The notes beneath the pieces are model-generated. The model saw only the letters and a list, made by a program, of their open reading frames with translations. It was not told the origin of the DNA and did not search any database. DNA of 64,000 nt, taken from Octopus sinensis. Lineage: Eukaryota. The stretch lies in contig NC_043013.1 of NCBI RefSeq assembly GCF_006345805.1, positions 14,632,001-14,696,000 of the forward strand, in the 5' to 3' direction. Each line of letters starts with the position of its first letter. Position 1 is the first letter of the stretch. The translations under genes and the position numbers were made by a program. Below, one piece after another: positions 37,740 through 51,316 of the stretch.

Positions 37740-38080
37740 ATCTAGAAGTAAGACTTATGACTGGAAGTTCAGGAGTTTTGGAGAGTATAGAGTTACTCCT
37801 TTGTCATTACTGTGGCCCATGAGGCCAGGCATGAGTTATTGTTCAAAAAGCAAAGAAGTCACCAGAGAACCCATACCCAAAAAAGAAAGTTGTTAACTAT
37901 GCAAGGAGTATAGAAAAGAATGTGTGTCAAGAAATGGACCAAAATGTCATAGGAAGGTTCACCAAAACAGTATTGTAACACCTACAGCAAGAGGCACCCA
38001 TCATTGTCACATCTGTGCAAAAGAGTGTAGGTCCCTAGCAGGATAGAAAAGTCTCATCTGTGTTGCTCATGTTTAAAAGA
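37740..38080 (+). mobile_element. RTE-like LINE 3' fragment
   Basis: C-terminal HCHICAKECRSLAG zinc-finger-like remnant; heavily decayed. Confidence 0.4.
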
Positions 38081-40452
38081 ACAATCATAAAAATGATCAC
38101 AAAAAATCACACAAGTAATAAAGATGTAACACCTTGTTTGTAAAGGCAGAAACTCCAGGTTGATGTGAAATATTTTGTATAATATATATAATTAAATAAA
38201 TGGAGTAAAACGCAAGTGTTATTCAAATTCTTTTGCTTCCGACATATGTTTCGAAGACAACATTGGTATTATTCCAAAGGCATAAAATGGTGTAAAACAA
38301 TGTAATCTTCTCATCAGGGGAAGAAAGAAACCAAACTCATCAATAAGACATTTTAACAGAATGTGATGGATGTGTATAATGATGAACAGAACGCTATTAA
38401 GTTTCTTTTTAAAAACCGTTAGAAGATATAATGTCAAAGGTAGCCTATAGAAAAAGAAGGGGTAAAGGAAAGAAATAAGCAGAAAACTAATAAGAAGAAA
38501 TATAGAGCGATATGTGAATTAAAATAAAAGCTTAAAGGCTTGGAAATAGAAGTGAAATGTAAGAATAAAATCAATGTTCAAATTATATATAATGGTAGAT
38601 ATCACTTATATGAACTAAAGGTATGTTTCTGTCAATGTTTACATCAATAAGGATGCTCTATAAATGTGCTTACAAGGGGATTCTTAGAAAATATAATAGA
38701 AAATAGTTCACAATTACAGAGTTGGCAGAATTCTTTGCATTTATCATATGGGAATGAAATGGAGAGAATCAACCAATCTAAATTAAATTGTTTATTATAG
38801 TCTTTTAGAAGCAGAAATATTGTTATAGCAAATATTCTGCTCAATACCACAGATATGCCTATCAGTTGCTTAACCTTCAATCACTTGAGCATGTCCTTTA
38901 GTGGTTGACAATATGTGCATCTCTTATCATGAGCAGAAGTAGTGGGAGAACATCATAGCCATGTGTTGAGTGGGATTCTTTGGGGTTTGAATAAATGTAA
39001 CAAAAGCAAAGTTTGAAGGAAATACCAGCCATTTTACATACTTTTTAAAGATAAGCAAATAGCGAATAACAGTTCCTACTGAAAGACAAAAATCGTGTTA
39101 CATAATGTAATGCATGAGTTAGAGAAGGTAGACTTTTGCAAAAGAAGGCGGTGAGCTGGCAGAAACGTTAGCATGCTGGACGAAATGCTTAGCGATATTT
39201 TGTTTGCCGCTATGTTCTGAGTTCAAATTCCACTGAGGTCAACTTTGCCTTTCGGGGTCGATAAATTAAGAACCAGTTACGAACTGGGGTCGATATAATC
39301 AACTTAATCCGTTTGTCTGTCCTTGTTTGTCTTCTCTGTGTTTAGCCCCTTGTGGGTAGTAAAGAAATAGGTATTTCGTCTGCCGCTATGTTCTGAGTTC
39401 AAATTCCGCCAAGGTCAACTTTGCCTTTCATCCTTTCGGGGTTGATAAATTAAGGACCAGTTACGCACTGGGGTCAATGTAATCGACTTAATCCATTTGT
39501 CTGTCCTTGTTTGTCCCCTCTGTGTTTAGCCCCTTGTGGGTAGTAAAGAAATAGATAGAGTAATAATGATACAGTTGATAGTGGGAGGACAAGAGAGAGA
39601 TAACATGGGTTTGGATAGGCTGCAGTAGCCAGAGAGAGAGGTGGAAGCAGGTGTGATACATAAGAGACAATTTAGTGGTCCAGCAGGGTGAAGGAGAGAA
39701 GGATGTGGGAGGAGTCTAAAGTGGTCCAGCCGTGAATATCTTGTCATTTAAGGATACATCATCTGATATTATCCTTTCTTTTACATAATATACCTAAGGC
39801 CATCTTATCTAATGATTCTATCTTTCATATTGGTAGCAAGCTACAATTTGAGCTACAATGTTTTTTCTAGCCGGTCTCTCAAACGCATAAAGCCACGGTC
39901 GTAGATTCGTGGAAGTGAAGAGTATGGTGTCACAAAACGAAGTTATGAGGTGTTTTATGACTCATCGTTGTTTATTTACAATAGTTTCCTTATGCTACGT
40001 CAAGTCACGCGATGAGGAGTTGTTTCCCCTGAATCAATGATTCTTAATTTTAAAGAAAAAGTATGTTAGAATGGGTAGTTTTAAAAGAAAATTATAATTG
40101 TTTCCAACATAAGCACAAGGTCAGAAATTTGAAGAGACGCAAACAGTCCATTTTATCGACTGATACTTTATTTAATCGATCGACCCTTGGAAGAATGAAA
40201 GGCAAAGAAGAACTAATAATAAAAATAATAATAATAATAATGGTTTCAAATTTTGCCACAAAGGCAAAAGGGGGGGGGGAAGAGGTGATTATATCGACCT
40301 CAGTGTTCAATTGGTACTTAATTTATCGACCCCGAAAGGTTGAAAGGCAAAGTTGACCTCGACATAATTTGAACTCAAAACGTTAAGATGGACAAAATGC
40401 TGCTACTAAGCATTTTGCCTAGCATGCTAACAATTGTGGCAGCTCACCACTT

Positions 40453-40496
<44 letters not shown>

Positions 40497-40532
40497 GATG
40501 ATAATGATGATGATGATGATGATGATGATGAT

Positions 40533-41096
40533 GCATCTGGAACCCCTGTCTTGCCCAGGATATTAATCGTCTGGAAACCGTTCAGCGACGTGCAACCAAG
40601 AGAATACCCTCCATCAGGCATTTGCCATATTCTGAATGCCTTACTTCCCTGGACATGGATACATTGAAACTCCGACATCTGGCAGCTGACTTGGCAGACA
40701 CCCATAAAGTTATCAACCATCTTACTAACAATAGCTCTGAGCACCTTTTCAAACTCCACCTGTCTAACACCTGTGGACATGTTTACAAAGTCAGAAAACA
40801 GCACAGCTCCCATGACTTTCGGAAACATTTTTTTCCTGCTAAGAGTTGCTGAAGCATGGAACAAACTGCCGGCATCAGTTGTTAGTTGTTGGAGCACTGC
40901 ATCCTTCAAAACTTCCATGCTTCCTGAGATTCGCCAGCACTACACCTGATTTTCCCCCCTCCATACACATGCAAGCATGTATCTGACTCATACACTGTTC
41001 ACTTTCCAGACATTTTTACATTACTGCATATGCTTTATACACACTTTTGACAAGTTGTGGTGCACCTGAGCACTGTATACAATAATTTCATTATTA

Positions 41097-41142
<46 letters not shown>
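40533..41142 (+). mobile_element. CR1-clade LINE 3' fragment
   Basis: Collinear with 48530-49030; long (TTA)n tail. Confidence 0.85.
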
Positions 41143-41144
<2 letters not shown>

Positions 41145-42254
41145 ATTATTTGATTTGCATTTCCTTTCTCATTAAATGTTAAGACTAATATAAGTATGGA
41201 ATTATTTGTCTTGGTGAACAGACATTTCCTAACAGAGCAACATTATAAGATCTTCAACTGACATATTAAAATCAGCTATTCTTGCTCCCAATATGGAATC
41301 AATAATAGCAACCAAAAACCATACCGATTATAGAACCAGGAAGTTTCTGTAGAAAGATAGACACCTCTTGACCAGGATGCACAACATTTCATCAGTTATA
41401 TATGAAGTAGAGGTCACTCCAGTGTGAAAAAATGTTATATCAGTATAATGCAGGGATGATTTAAGCAAAGATTGTATAACCACTTGTCATCTTTCAAATA
41501 TCCAAACAAGCAGACAACCACAAATTGTTAGAACATATACAGTGGAACATTAATGGCATCAATTTCATCAGGTACAAAGCGCCTGCAGAAGCCATGGGAC
41601 AGAGCACCTTCCTACAAACCAAACCAAACCAGACTAAAATAAAATTAAATCTAATGAAATAAATGACATTTTAGTGTTTTCTCTTGTCACACGATTAATT
41701 CTGTCAATTCAAGTCACAATTTATTTTAAGATAGTATTTCCAAAGCAAAGATTGCACATATTATGATATTAAAGTTAGAAAAGTTTAATTTTTAATTAAT
41801 CTGTCCAGTAATACATTAAATCAAATTAATAGCAATTTAAGAGAGCTTGATATTTAAATAAGTGTCAACGACCTTAGACTAACTTAATACAATGAAATGA
41901 ACTGATTTTAAAGTATCATTATTATTGTTGTTGTTGCCACAACCACCACCACTGCCATAATCATCATCATCATCATCATCATAATCATCATCATCATTAT
42001 AATTGTTCAACATTTGGCAGTTTCAGGCAAATTTTTACTGCTACACCTCTGTGTTGCTGTGACGTGTGTAGTTCTTTTCTGTTGTTGGGGGTGTGCAAAC
42101 CCTTCTCAGTATTGTATTGTGTCAGATTTTTTCCTCTTGAGGTGTGGTGCAGTCTTTTGTTGTATTATTGTTTTGTTTGTGTGTTGAGTGCATTGGTGGT
42201 GGAAGTTTATTTCATTGGATAATTGCTGTATAGAGTGTGTCTTGTGTTTGTGGG

Positions 42255-43115
42255 TTGTTTTGTTTAGCTTGTATTACTAGATTGATAGTGTCTTGCGTAG
42301 GATGTATGCTGTTCTTACCTGGGCTATGTTTGGACAGTGTGTAGTGTTAAAGATCCAAGTATAGCTTGTTTTTTTTTATCATGCCCAACGCTCCAATTAT
42401 TACTGGTATTGTCTTCACCTTCATGCCCAACATCTTCAATACTTCAGTTTCGAGGTCTTTGTACTGTGACAATTTCATCACTTCTTTTGGAGCAATATTT
42501 TGATCAGAAAGGACTGCAATATTTATCAGTAAGCAGGTAGGTTTTTTCCCCACCAATTCTTGATTATAATGTATGAGATTTATCTTATATTTCTTTGTCG
42601 GTTTAAACCAGCATATCCCAGGTGATTGTGGCCGGGTCATTGTCTTGTAACTTGTTTGGCACATGTTTATACTATCTTTGTCAGTTTTAATGTTGTAGTG
42701 TTGGCATATTATCCAGTGGATAAAACTGCTTACTCGGTCATGTCTGTATATATATTCAGATTTGGCAAGGACTGGGCAACCAGAGACGATGTGGTCAGCT
42801 ATTTCATTGTGCTGGTTGCATATTCTGCATTTGGTGTTAGGGCCTGATTCATTATTTTGCTTCTATAATTGTTTGTGGTCAGGCATTGGCCTTGTACAGC
42901 AAGAATCAGTCCTTCTGTTTTGGCTTTTAGTCCAGAGCTTTTGAACCATTGTCAGCTCTTGAACCATTAGGCTCACTTCTACCCTATCAAGTTTTGCAGG
43001 GTATTGGCCATAGAGTGATTTTTCTCTCCATTTCTTCTTTAGTATGTTTTGTTATTCTGAGACCTATTGTGTCAAGTTCATCAACATCAAAATAAAAATC
43101 GTATGGATATGGTAA
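42255..43115 (-). mobile_element. Dong/R4-clade LINE C-terminal fragment (zinc knuckle plus restriction-like endonuclease)
   Basis: CLLINIAVLSDQNIAPKEVMKLSQYKDLETEVLKMLGMKVKTIPVIIGALGMIKK; upstream remnants of ET(I)DHIVSGCPVLAK and WLKSSGLKAKTEGLI. Confidence 0.85.
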
Positions 43116-44744
43116 TTGTGATACCAGTGCCAGTGGCACGTAGGGTCTCACAGAGGAAATGACGAAGACAGAGACCTCTGAGATATACTGTGACTGTGAA
43201 GACCCGACAAATGAAGTGAGTTCATGGCTCGCAGGATGGCCTGCTGTACTAACCTTGGATCATAGAGTGACCCACTGTTCTTGAGGAGACCTATTGAGTC
43301 AAGTATGTTAACACTAACATCAAAATGAAAATCAAATGGAAATTGTAGTTAAGGTACTCGTGCCGATGACATGTTAAAAGCACCGTCTGAACATGGCAGA
43401 TGCCAGCGCCGCCTAGACTGGCATCTGTGTCGGTGACATGTAAAAGCACCAACCGATCGTGGCCGTTTGCCAGCCTCCTCTGGCCCTTGTGCTGGTGGCA
43501 CGTAAAAAGTATCCCCTACACTCATGGAGTGGTAGGTGTTAGGAAGGGCATCCAGCTGTAGAAACACTGCCAGATCAGACTGGAGCCTGGTGCAGCCTCC
43601 TGGCTTCCCAGACCCCGGTCGAACCGTCCAACCCATGCTAGCATGGAAAACGGATGTTAAACGATGATGATGATGATGATGTTTCTTGTTTCATTAACCA
43701 TTTTTGCTATGTTGTCATCTGAGATCAGTTTATCAGTGTAGATTGTTTCTGATTTGTATTTTGTTACCTTGTATATAGAGAGAAAAGCATTTTCTTTTAC
43801 TTGTGTTGCTTTATTACATGCTGTAGTCTTCATATTTTTGTTTCTAAGTACTTTCCTAGTCCAACTGTTGTTGTTATTATAACAAAGAACATTACTATCA
43901 AATCAAATTATATATATATATATATATTGCATATGCAACTTGTCTGATAATTATTGAGTTGCTACCCATAAAATTTGTGGCTTCATTCTGACAACATGCA
44001 ATATCTATCTTTACATGCATGCCAATGATATAGATATTGCCTTAAAAGTACAAAACAATATATATACATGTGTATGTATGTGTGTGTGTGGGTGCACGCA
44101 TTTGTGTGCGCGCATGTGTGTGTGTAAGTATATGTATGCATGTATATATATATATGTGTGTGTGTGTAATAATATATACATAATATATATATGTATATAC
44201 ACACACACACACACATAATCAATATGAAAGGGAAAAGATGAAGAATTCCATATGGTGGACAATGCCATAAAATGAATTAAAGTGAAAAAAACTAATAAAA
44301 TATTGGATACAATGGCGTTTATGGTATGTTTATGACTTACTGATCAATGTGCTAATGTTAAAGAGAAAACAGGGTTATAAGAATAAAAGTCACAACCGTC
44401 ACCACTATTGTCCGCATCAGCATCATAATCGTCATTACCACCACCACCATCACCACCACCACCACCACCACCACCACCACCACCACCATCTTCATCCTCA
44501 TACTCATCATTGTCCTCAACAGCAGCAACAGCAGCTGTAGCATCTCCCTTGTCATTGCCATCAACATCATCGTCATTATCATCATCGTTTTCATTTCCAG
44601 TTTCTATACTGACATATATGATGGATTGGTTATTGTTGCACTCCTTGTTAGATCCAAAGACCTCATTTTTCTTATATGTTTCATCTTTTTGGCTTGGATC
44701 CTATGGCCAAAATACCCACCTTAACATCAACCATATATATATAT

Positions 44745-44778
<34 letters not shown>

Positions 44779-44779
44779 A

Positions 44780-45400
44780 AGTTAATCCAAACAAGAAAGC
44801 ACAACATATATATATATATACACACACATAACAGAAGCACAATTAAAGGTTACAAACCTCATTCAGGGATAGCGAAATCCTATGAAAGTACTAGTTAGTG
44901 ACCTATACAAAGAATATTGAACATTCTATTTAATACTCCACTGCAAGGTAACTATATAAACCATGGTTTACATATATTTTATTTATTATCATAATAAGAT
45001 GAGAGAATAGAAAGGTAATTAATAAATTATTATTTATTAATTAAAAAAATTGACAAACATCCTTACAGCTGTTTCAAGTCAGGCTCTTAGAAAAATTAAT
45101 TAAATTAAAAATCATTTGAAAGTCGAATCTCTTCAGAGGTAGATAAAGGTGTACAAAGTAGGTGTTCAATTACCTCATATTGAGTAAATGGCACAAACCA
45201 TTAACTAATAAAAATCTACACACCAAGAACATAGTACACAAGTGGTACAGCCCTTAGCAAGGAAGTAAGGTTGTGTATAATAGAGTTGTAAAACAATATA
45301 TTCATCTGGGGTGTTACGTATAATAAAACTCAAGTAGATGTAATTGGTAAAAAAAAATGTCATATTGTGCTTTTATATCTATTCATATTAAATCTATATA
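44780..45400 (-). mobile_element. Probable Penelope-like terminal-repeat fragment (family C)
   Basis: AT-rich block between (TA)n tracts and a SINE, carrying a hammerhead-like core; no ORF. Confidence 0.35.
45061..45139 (-). ncRNA. Degenerate hammerhead motif, family C, with a long AT-rich stem II
   Basis: Reverse complement reads cct CTGAAGA [54 nt, weakly pairing] GAAA cagctg TA agg; it has the same cagctg palindrome as family B. Confidence 0.5.
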
Positions 45401-45621
45401 AACCTAGTATACTCTTTTACTCTTTTACTTGTTCCAGTCATTTGACTGCGGCCATGCTGGAGCACCGCCTTTTAGTCGAGCAAATCGACCCCAGGACTTA
45501 TTCTTTGTAAGCCCAGTACTTATTCTATCAGTCTCTTTTGCCGAACTGCTAAGTGACGGGGACGTAAACACACCAGCATTGGTTGTCAAGCAATGCTAGG
45601 GGGACAAACACAGACACACAA

Positions 45622-45694
<73 letters not shown>

Positions 45695-46149
45695 TACGAC
45701 AGGCTTCTTTCAGTTTCCGTCTACCAAATCCACTCACAAGGCATTGGTCGGCCCGGGGCTATAGTAGAAGACACTTGCCCAAGATGCCACGCAGTGGGAC
45801 TGAACCCGCATCAATGTGGTTGGTTAGCAAGCTACTTACCACACAGCCACTCCTAGAGTTTAATTCAAATATGCATAGGTACTAATGTAAAGTTAAGGTG
45901 GAAGACAATCAGGCAATAAATTACTACAAAATCGAAATAGTTAAAAGATCTATAAGAACATTTACTTAATGCAATGGTACATAAAAATTATAAATAAAAA
46001 TGAATAAATTAACATAAATAAATTAAAATAGATAGAGTAAAGAGTGAAAAATAGATAGAGAGGGAGAATAAAAATTGAATAAAGAAGGGATTTAAAGTAA
46101 TAACTTATGATTCTTTATTCAATTTTTATTTTCCCTTTCTATCTCTAGG

Positions 46150-46480
46150 ATACTAATTGACAACTACTCAGGTCCACCTGTTGACAGGATCCTTGTGACA
46201 TGTCCAACCCAGTGGAAGTTGCATATTCAATATTCCACACTCACATTATTCACTTCATTATGTTCTCTAATTACCTCGTGTTTGGATATGTTCTTGTAAC
46301 GACATTCTTAACATGCATCATTTCATGGCCTTCTATATCCAAGCCAACCATACTCTTCGTTATTATTAATAGCTTATGTCTTACGTGTTTATTGGAGTAC
46401 AAATAGGATGGTGCTATTGAAGAGATTGGCATGCAGGGTCCTATCCAGTGGTGTCTTGAGCACATCATTAATCAAAGCAG
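46150..46480 (-). mobile_element. RTE-clade LINE fragment
   Basis: Across shifting frames: LHANLFNSTIL, EHI..VIREHNEV, HWVGHVTR. Confidence 0.65.
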
Positions 46481-46582
46481 AATTCATGAATACATGCATA
46501 TTTAATATGTATGTTTTTAAATATGTGTGTGTGTGTTTCTATATGTATGTATATATATATATATGTGTGTATATGTGTACGA

Positions 46583-46625
<43 letters not shown>

Positions 46626-46637
46626 TTATGTTTTTAT

Positions 46638-49010
46638 TGCAGGCGATTTCAATCATCCTGAGATCAATTGGGAAACCTTCCATTGGCCACAGAGTGCAAA
46701 CGATTTCGTTGAGCTTGTGCTGGACTCAAACTGGTCACAAGTAGTCACCTCTCCAACAAGAGGCGACAACACCTTGGACCTGCTCTTCACCACAACTCCT
46801 GAAACAGTTATCAATTGTACTATGGAGGAACCTCTAGGCGACTCTGATCATGCTATGATCATCACCAATCTGGCTCTTGCGGGCAACAACAAAAACCTGA
46901 ACCATCTCCAATCTGCTTCCTTCGATTGGAAGAGAGCAGATTGGAACCTGTACCACACTGAATTACAGCACCCAAACTGGCATGAATTCTACACCTCTGG
47001 AGATGTGAATACTATACTCCAGAGTATCCTGGACTCAATATGGGCAGCATGTGCAGCATCAGTGCCACGTAAACAGAAAAAGAAGAACCACCCCAAAAGT
47101 GCAATTTGGGAAACTTCAGCGGTCCGACTTGCCAGGAAGGAATGTCGGACTGCTGAACGGGAATACAAGTTGCATAAATCAGACACCAAGAAGAAAAAGT
47201 GGAATAAATCTTCCAACCATCTCAAGCAAGTGACAAAAAAAGCAGTGCTTGAATTTGAACAGTGCCTAGCAGCCAATCCTGACAGCAAGGTTTTCTGGAA
47301 ATGTGTGCATTCGAAGCAGAGACCTCACTCTCCAGTGGGCCCTCTTCGCAACCCTCACACAAACCAGATCACTGACGACCCCAAGGAATGCGCAGAACTC
47401 ATTGCCGAGTGCTATGCAAACATATTCACTGTTGAAAGTCAAAATGTACCATCTTCACCATCACTAACAGCAAACTCCATAACAACTATGGAATTTACAC
47501 CTGCAATGCTGCGACGTCACCTTCAAAATAAGCGCAACTATGCCTCCCTTGGTCTTGATGGAGTTACATACCTGCTTCTCAAACGTGGCAGGTACTTCCT
47601 TTTACACCAGTTTTTTAGTGGAAAACTGCCAGTGTCATTCCTCTGTTCAAAAAGGGCGGCTGCACATCACCTGTCAACTATCGCCCAGTCAGTCTCACTA
47701 GCTGTATTGCAAAACTGATGGAATCATGTGTCAGAGAAACACTTTGGAACTTCTGGAGCTCTCACAGTCTCATCCGACCCTCACAATATGGATTTGTCCC
47801 TAACTCCAGCTGCAGTGATCAGCTTGTCAAGTTCCTTGAGGACATTACTCAGATCACTGGCAGTGGCTCATGGGTGGATGTTGTCTACCTTGACTTTGCT
47901 AAGGCTTTCAACTCTGTGCCACACAAAAGGCTTATGGTGAAACTCTCTGCAATGGGTGTGAGGGATGATCTTTTTAACTGGTTGAAATCCTTCGTTCTCG
48001 GCCGAAAGGAGGTAGTCACAGTTCTAGGACAGCATTCTACACCATATGAGATGTCATCGGGTGTACCACAGGGATCTGTCCTTGGTCCCCTCTTGTTTGT
48101 GGCATACATTAATGACATAGATGCCAATTTAAAGAATGCCACAGTATTGAAATATGCAGACGACATCAAGCTGTACCTTGAAATCAAGAGGACAGATCCT
48201 GTTGTCTACAGCTCTTTCCTGCAATCAGACCTGGACACAATGCAGCAATGGATCACAGACTGGCAACTGAAACTGGCTGTGGACAAGTGTACCACCATGC
48301 ATTTTGGGAGAAAAAACCCTGCGTCCACATACTCCCTCCACAATACTGATATCAAGAAATCCTCTTGTGAGCGTGACCTAGGCATCACTGTCAGCAGTGA
48401 TTTGCGTTGGACAAAGCATATCTCTAAAATTGTCAAGAAGGCTGAGGGTGTCTTGGCATCACTCAGCAAGACTTTTGTTAGCTGCTCTCCAGCCATCTAT
48501 TTAAAACTGTATACAGCTATGGTACGACCACACTTGGAATTCACATCATCAGTTTGGAACCCCTATCTTGCTCAGAACATTGACCTCCTGGAATCTGTTC
48601 AGAGACGTGCAATCAAATGCATACCCTCCATCAGATACCTACCATAATCTGAGTGCCTTGTTTCCCTGGGCATGGATTCACTGAAGCTCTGGCGTCTGGC
48701 GATGGACTTGGTAAACACCCACAAAGTTATCAACCGCCTCACCAACAACAACACTGAACACCTTTTTGATCTTCATGTGTCTAACATGACTACAAAGTCA
48801 GAAAACAACACAGCTCCCATGACTTTCGGAAACATTTTTTCACGCTCAGAGTTGCTGAAGCATGGAACAAACTGCCTGCATCAGTTATTGACTGCCATGA
48901 CACTGCATCCTTTAAGGCCCTCATGCTTTCCGAAATCCGCCGAAACTACACCTGATTATACATACACTTTAGATGAGTTGTAGTGCACCTGAGCACTGTA
49001 CACAATGTTT

Positions 49011-49030
<20 letters not shown>
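46638..49030 (+). mobile_element. CR1-clade LINE, 5'-truncated ORF2 (APE end plus RT), frameshifted, with an (ATT)n tail
   Basis: GDFNHPEINW, TRGDNTLDLLF, SDH; QYGF, DFAKAFNSVPH, GVPQGSVLGPLLF, YADDIKL, RDLG, VRPHLE. Frameshift around 47580-47720. The 3' end is shared with the 34.2 and 40.5 kb copies. Confidence 0.92.
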
Positions 49031-49041
<11 letters not shown>

Positions 49042-49043
49042 GC

Positions 49044-49103
<60 letters not shown>

Positions 49104-49180
49104 GCCTCAACAAATTCCATCCAAATCACGAAAACATAGAAAAGTGGATTTTAAAATGAAAATGATGATGATGATGATGA

Positions 49181-49222
<42 letters not shown>

Positions 49223-51086
49223 AGTTTTTCTATCAGTTTATTTCTGCTTTGGTATTCATGCACACTGATATTATACACAGTAGTGAAGGGGACCAGTCCA
49301 CCTTGGTTGATACTTTCATGGGGGGCAGGACTTTTGGGTCAGCTGTATAAGCGTAGACTATATTGAAGTAACAGGAGATGGCAAACTCAAAGGCTGCTCT
49401 GGGTGAAAATCACTTAAGCTATGCTGCTGGTTTTACATCTATCAGAACATTCTTTGCTTTATTTCTTTCTCACATTCACAAGTTTTATGCATTCAAGAGT
49501 CACATCACACTACCATGCATATTACAGCTCAAACTCAAGCATCATACAATCTGTTGTTCATTCTGAGGGAGAAGACCTTCATTGCCAGTAGCAGTAAAAC
49601 CTCCCTGAACTTTTTCCAGCATTTTAAAAAATTTATTATACTTTTATCACAAGATTAAACATGGGAAAACAATCACACAATATAAATATATATAGATAAA
49701 ATACCTCAAAAATGCCTAACCAGTATCATTTCTAAACACCAACAGAGGATACTTGTCTTAAATAGGCTTAAACGAAATGACAGCAGAAACAGCTGTGTGG
49801 TCAAGAAGCTTGCTTTGCATCCACATAGTTTCAGGTTCAGTCACACTGCATAACACCTTGGACATAGACTGACCACTGCCTTGTGAGTGAATTTGGTCGA
49901 AGAAAACTGTCGAAACCCATTGCACACACACACACACACTCTCACACACATACATTTATATGTGGTGGGGTATGTGCATGTCTTTATGTCTGTTTGTCCA
50001 TACTACACCACTTGACAACCAGCATTGGTTTATTTATGTTCCCATAACTTAGCAGTTCAGCGACAAAAGAGACTAACAAAATAAGTACCAGATTTTTTTA
50101 AATGCTGGAATCGATTTGTTTGACAAAAACTTTTGAAGGTGGTATCCCAGCACGACTGCAGTTCGGTGACAGAAACAAGTGAAAGATAAAACAGAATTGT
50201 GCAAGAGGCTTTATTACCAGCTGCAAACAAGTTGTTCTGAAACAAATCAATTGAAATGAACAGAATTTTGCTTTGGAACATCGTAAATCTATTTCTTAGG
50301 TTAAATACCTTGAGATAATTCATCTGTATCATATGAACTAGTTTCTGTACAATATTTCCATTGCTGGTCCCTGCTTCATGATTATTGGTAGTATAAAAAT
50401 GTATTTAGTGCAATAAGTGATTCCATGTATGGTATGTATATATGTAAGTGTTATCATTGAGTGAGAGAGAAATGAACACCATTAAAGTGATGATGGGGTA
50501 CAAATATAAGAAGCCCAATATACCCATAATCACAACCTGTCTGACAAAGTATACCATGCATGTACATCACAACCATATGTGCGTGACATGGTGACCTCAA
50601 ATCAAGATAAACAGTGCATGACCTTGCAAGTGAGAACCAGTTAGAATTTTCTTCCGTTTGCGTAGCCCATCCTACTCAAAAGGTTTCTGAATAAGGGTTG
50701 CTTAAGGATGATGTTTCCAGGAGTGAATTATTCAAACTCCCAAGAATTTCTGTCCACACATGCTTATGATGCTCCCCAACTACTCCTGCTTTCTATCAGA
50801 GAAGCATGTAAGAGAGTTATATAATCGGTTTGTTACCTAACACTCCATTGTATTCTTTACTCAAAACCAATTGGTAAGACCAGCCTTGATGGGTATTTAA
50901 TACTATACATTTCAGTTATTATATATATATGTCATCATCATCATCGTTTAACGTTTGCTTTCCATGCTGGCATGAGTTGGACTGTTTGATGGAGGACTAG
51001 CGAGCCAGATGGCTGCACCAGGCTCCAATCTGATCTGGCAGAGTTTCCCCACTTAGCTTCCATTTACCTGACTTACACATTAGACA

Positions 51087-51316
51087 TTGACCCTTTCGTT
51101 ACCAATCCGGCTGAAACCGGCTCTGGCTCTGTAGGACAAATGTCTTGTTTTCATACGTTTTGAATTAAAATCTTCCATCAAACCTTAGTCACAATTTATG
51201 TTCCTGACACTAGCTTAATGATAACTCAGTTATTTTACTAAATTCTTTGTTATATTTAAAATTAATTGAACGAAACACAGAGCATCTCAAAATAAATACG
51301 GCAACGAAAGGGTTAA
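51087..51316. mobile_element. piggyBac-type MITE, second copy
   Basis: TTGA-CCCTTTCGTT...AACGAAAGGG-TTAA; reverse complement of 8803-9030. Confidence 0.8.

Noticed and set aside
46271-46468. Exon-like minus ORF ending in GAG|gtaatt
   Set aside because: Neighbouring frames give RTE motifs (NLFNSTIL, HWVGHVTR), so this is a LINE fossil.
46408-46637. N-terminal 77 aa of the 436-aa ORF
   Set aside because: Chance read-through of an antisense RTE fragment and (TA)n upstream of the truncated CR1; not part of a real protein.
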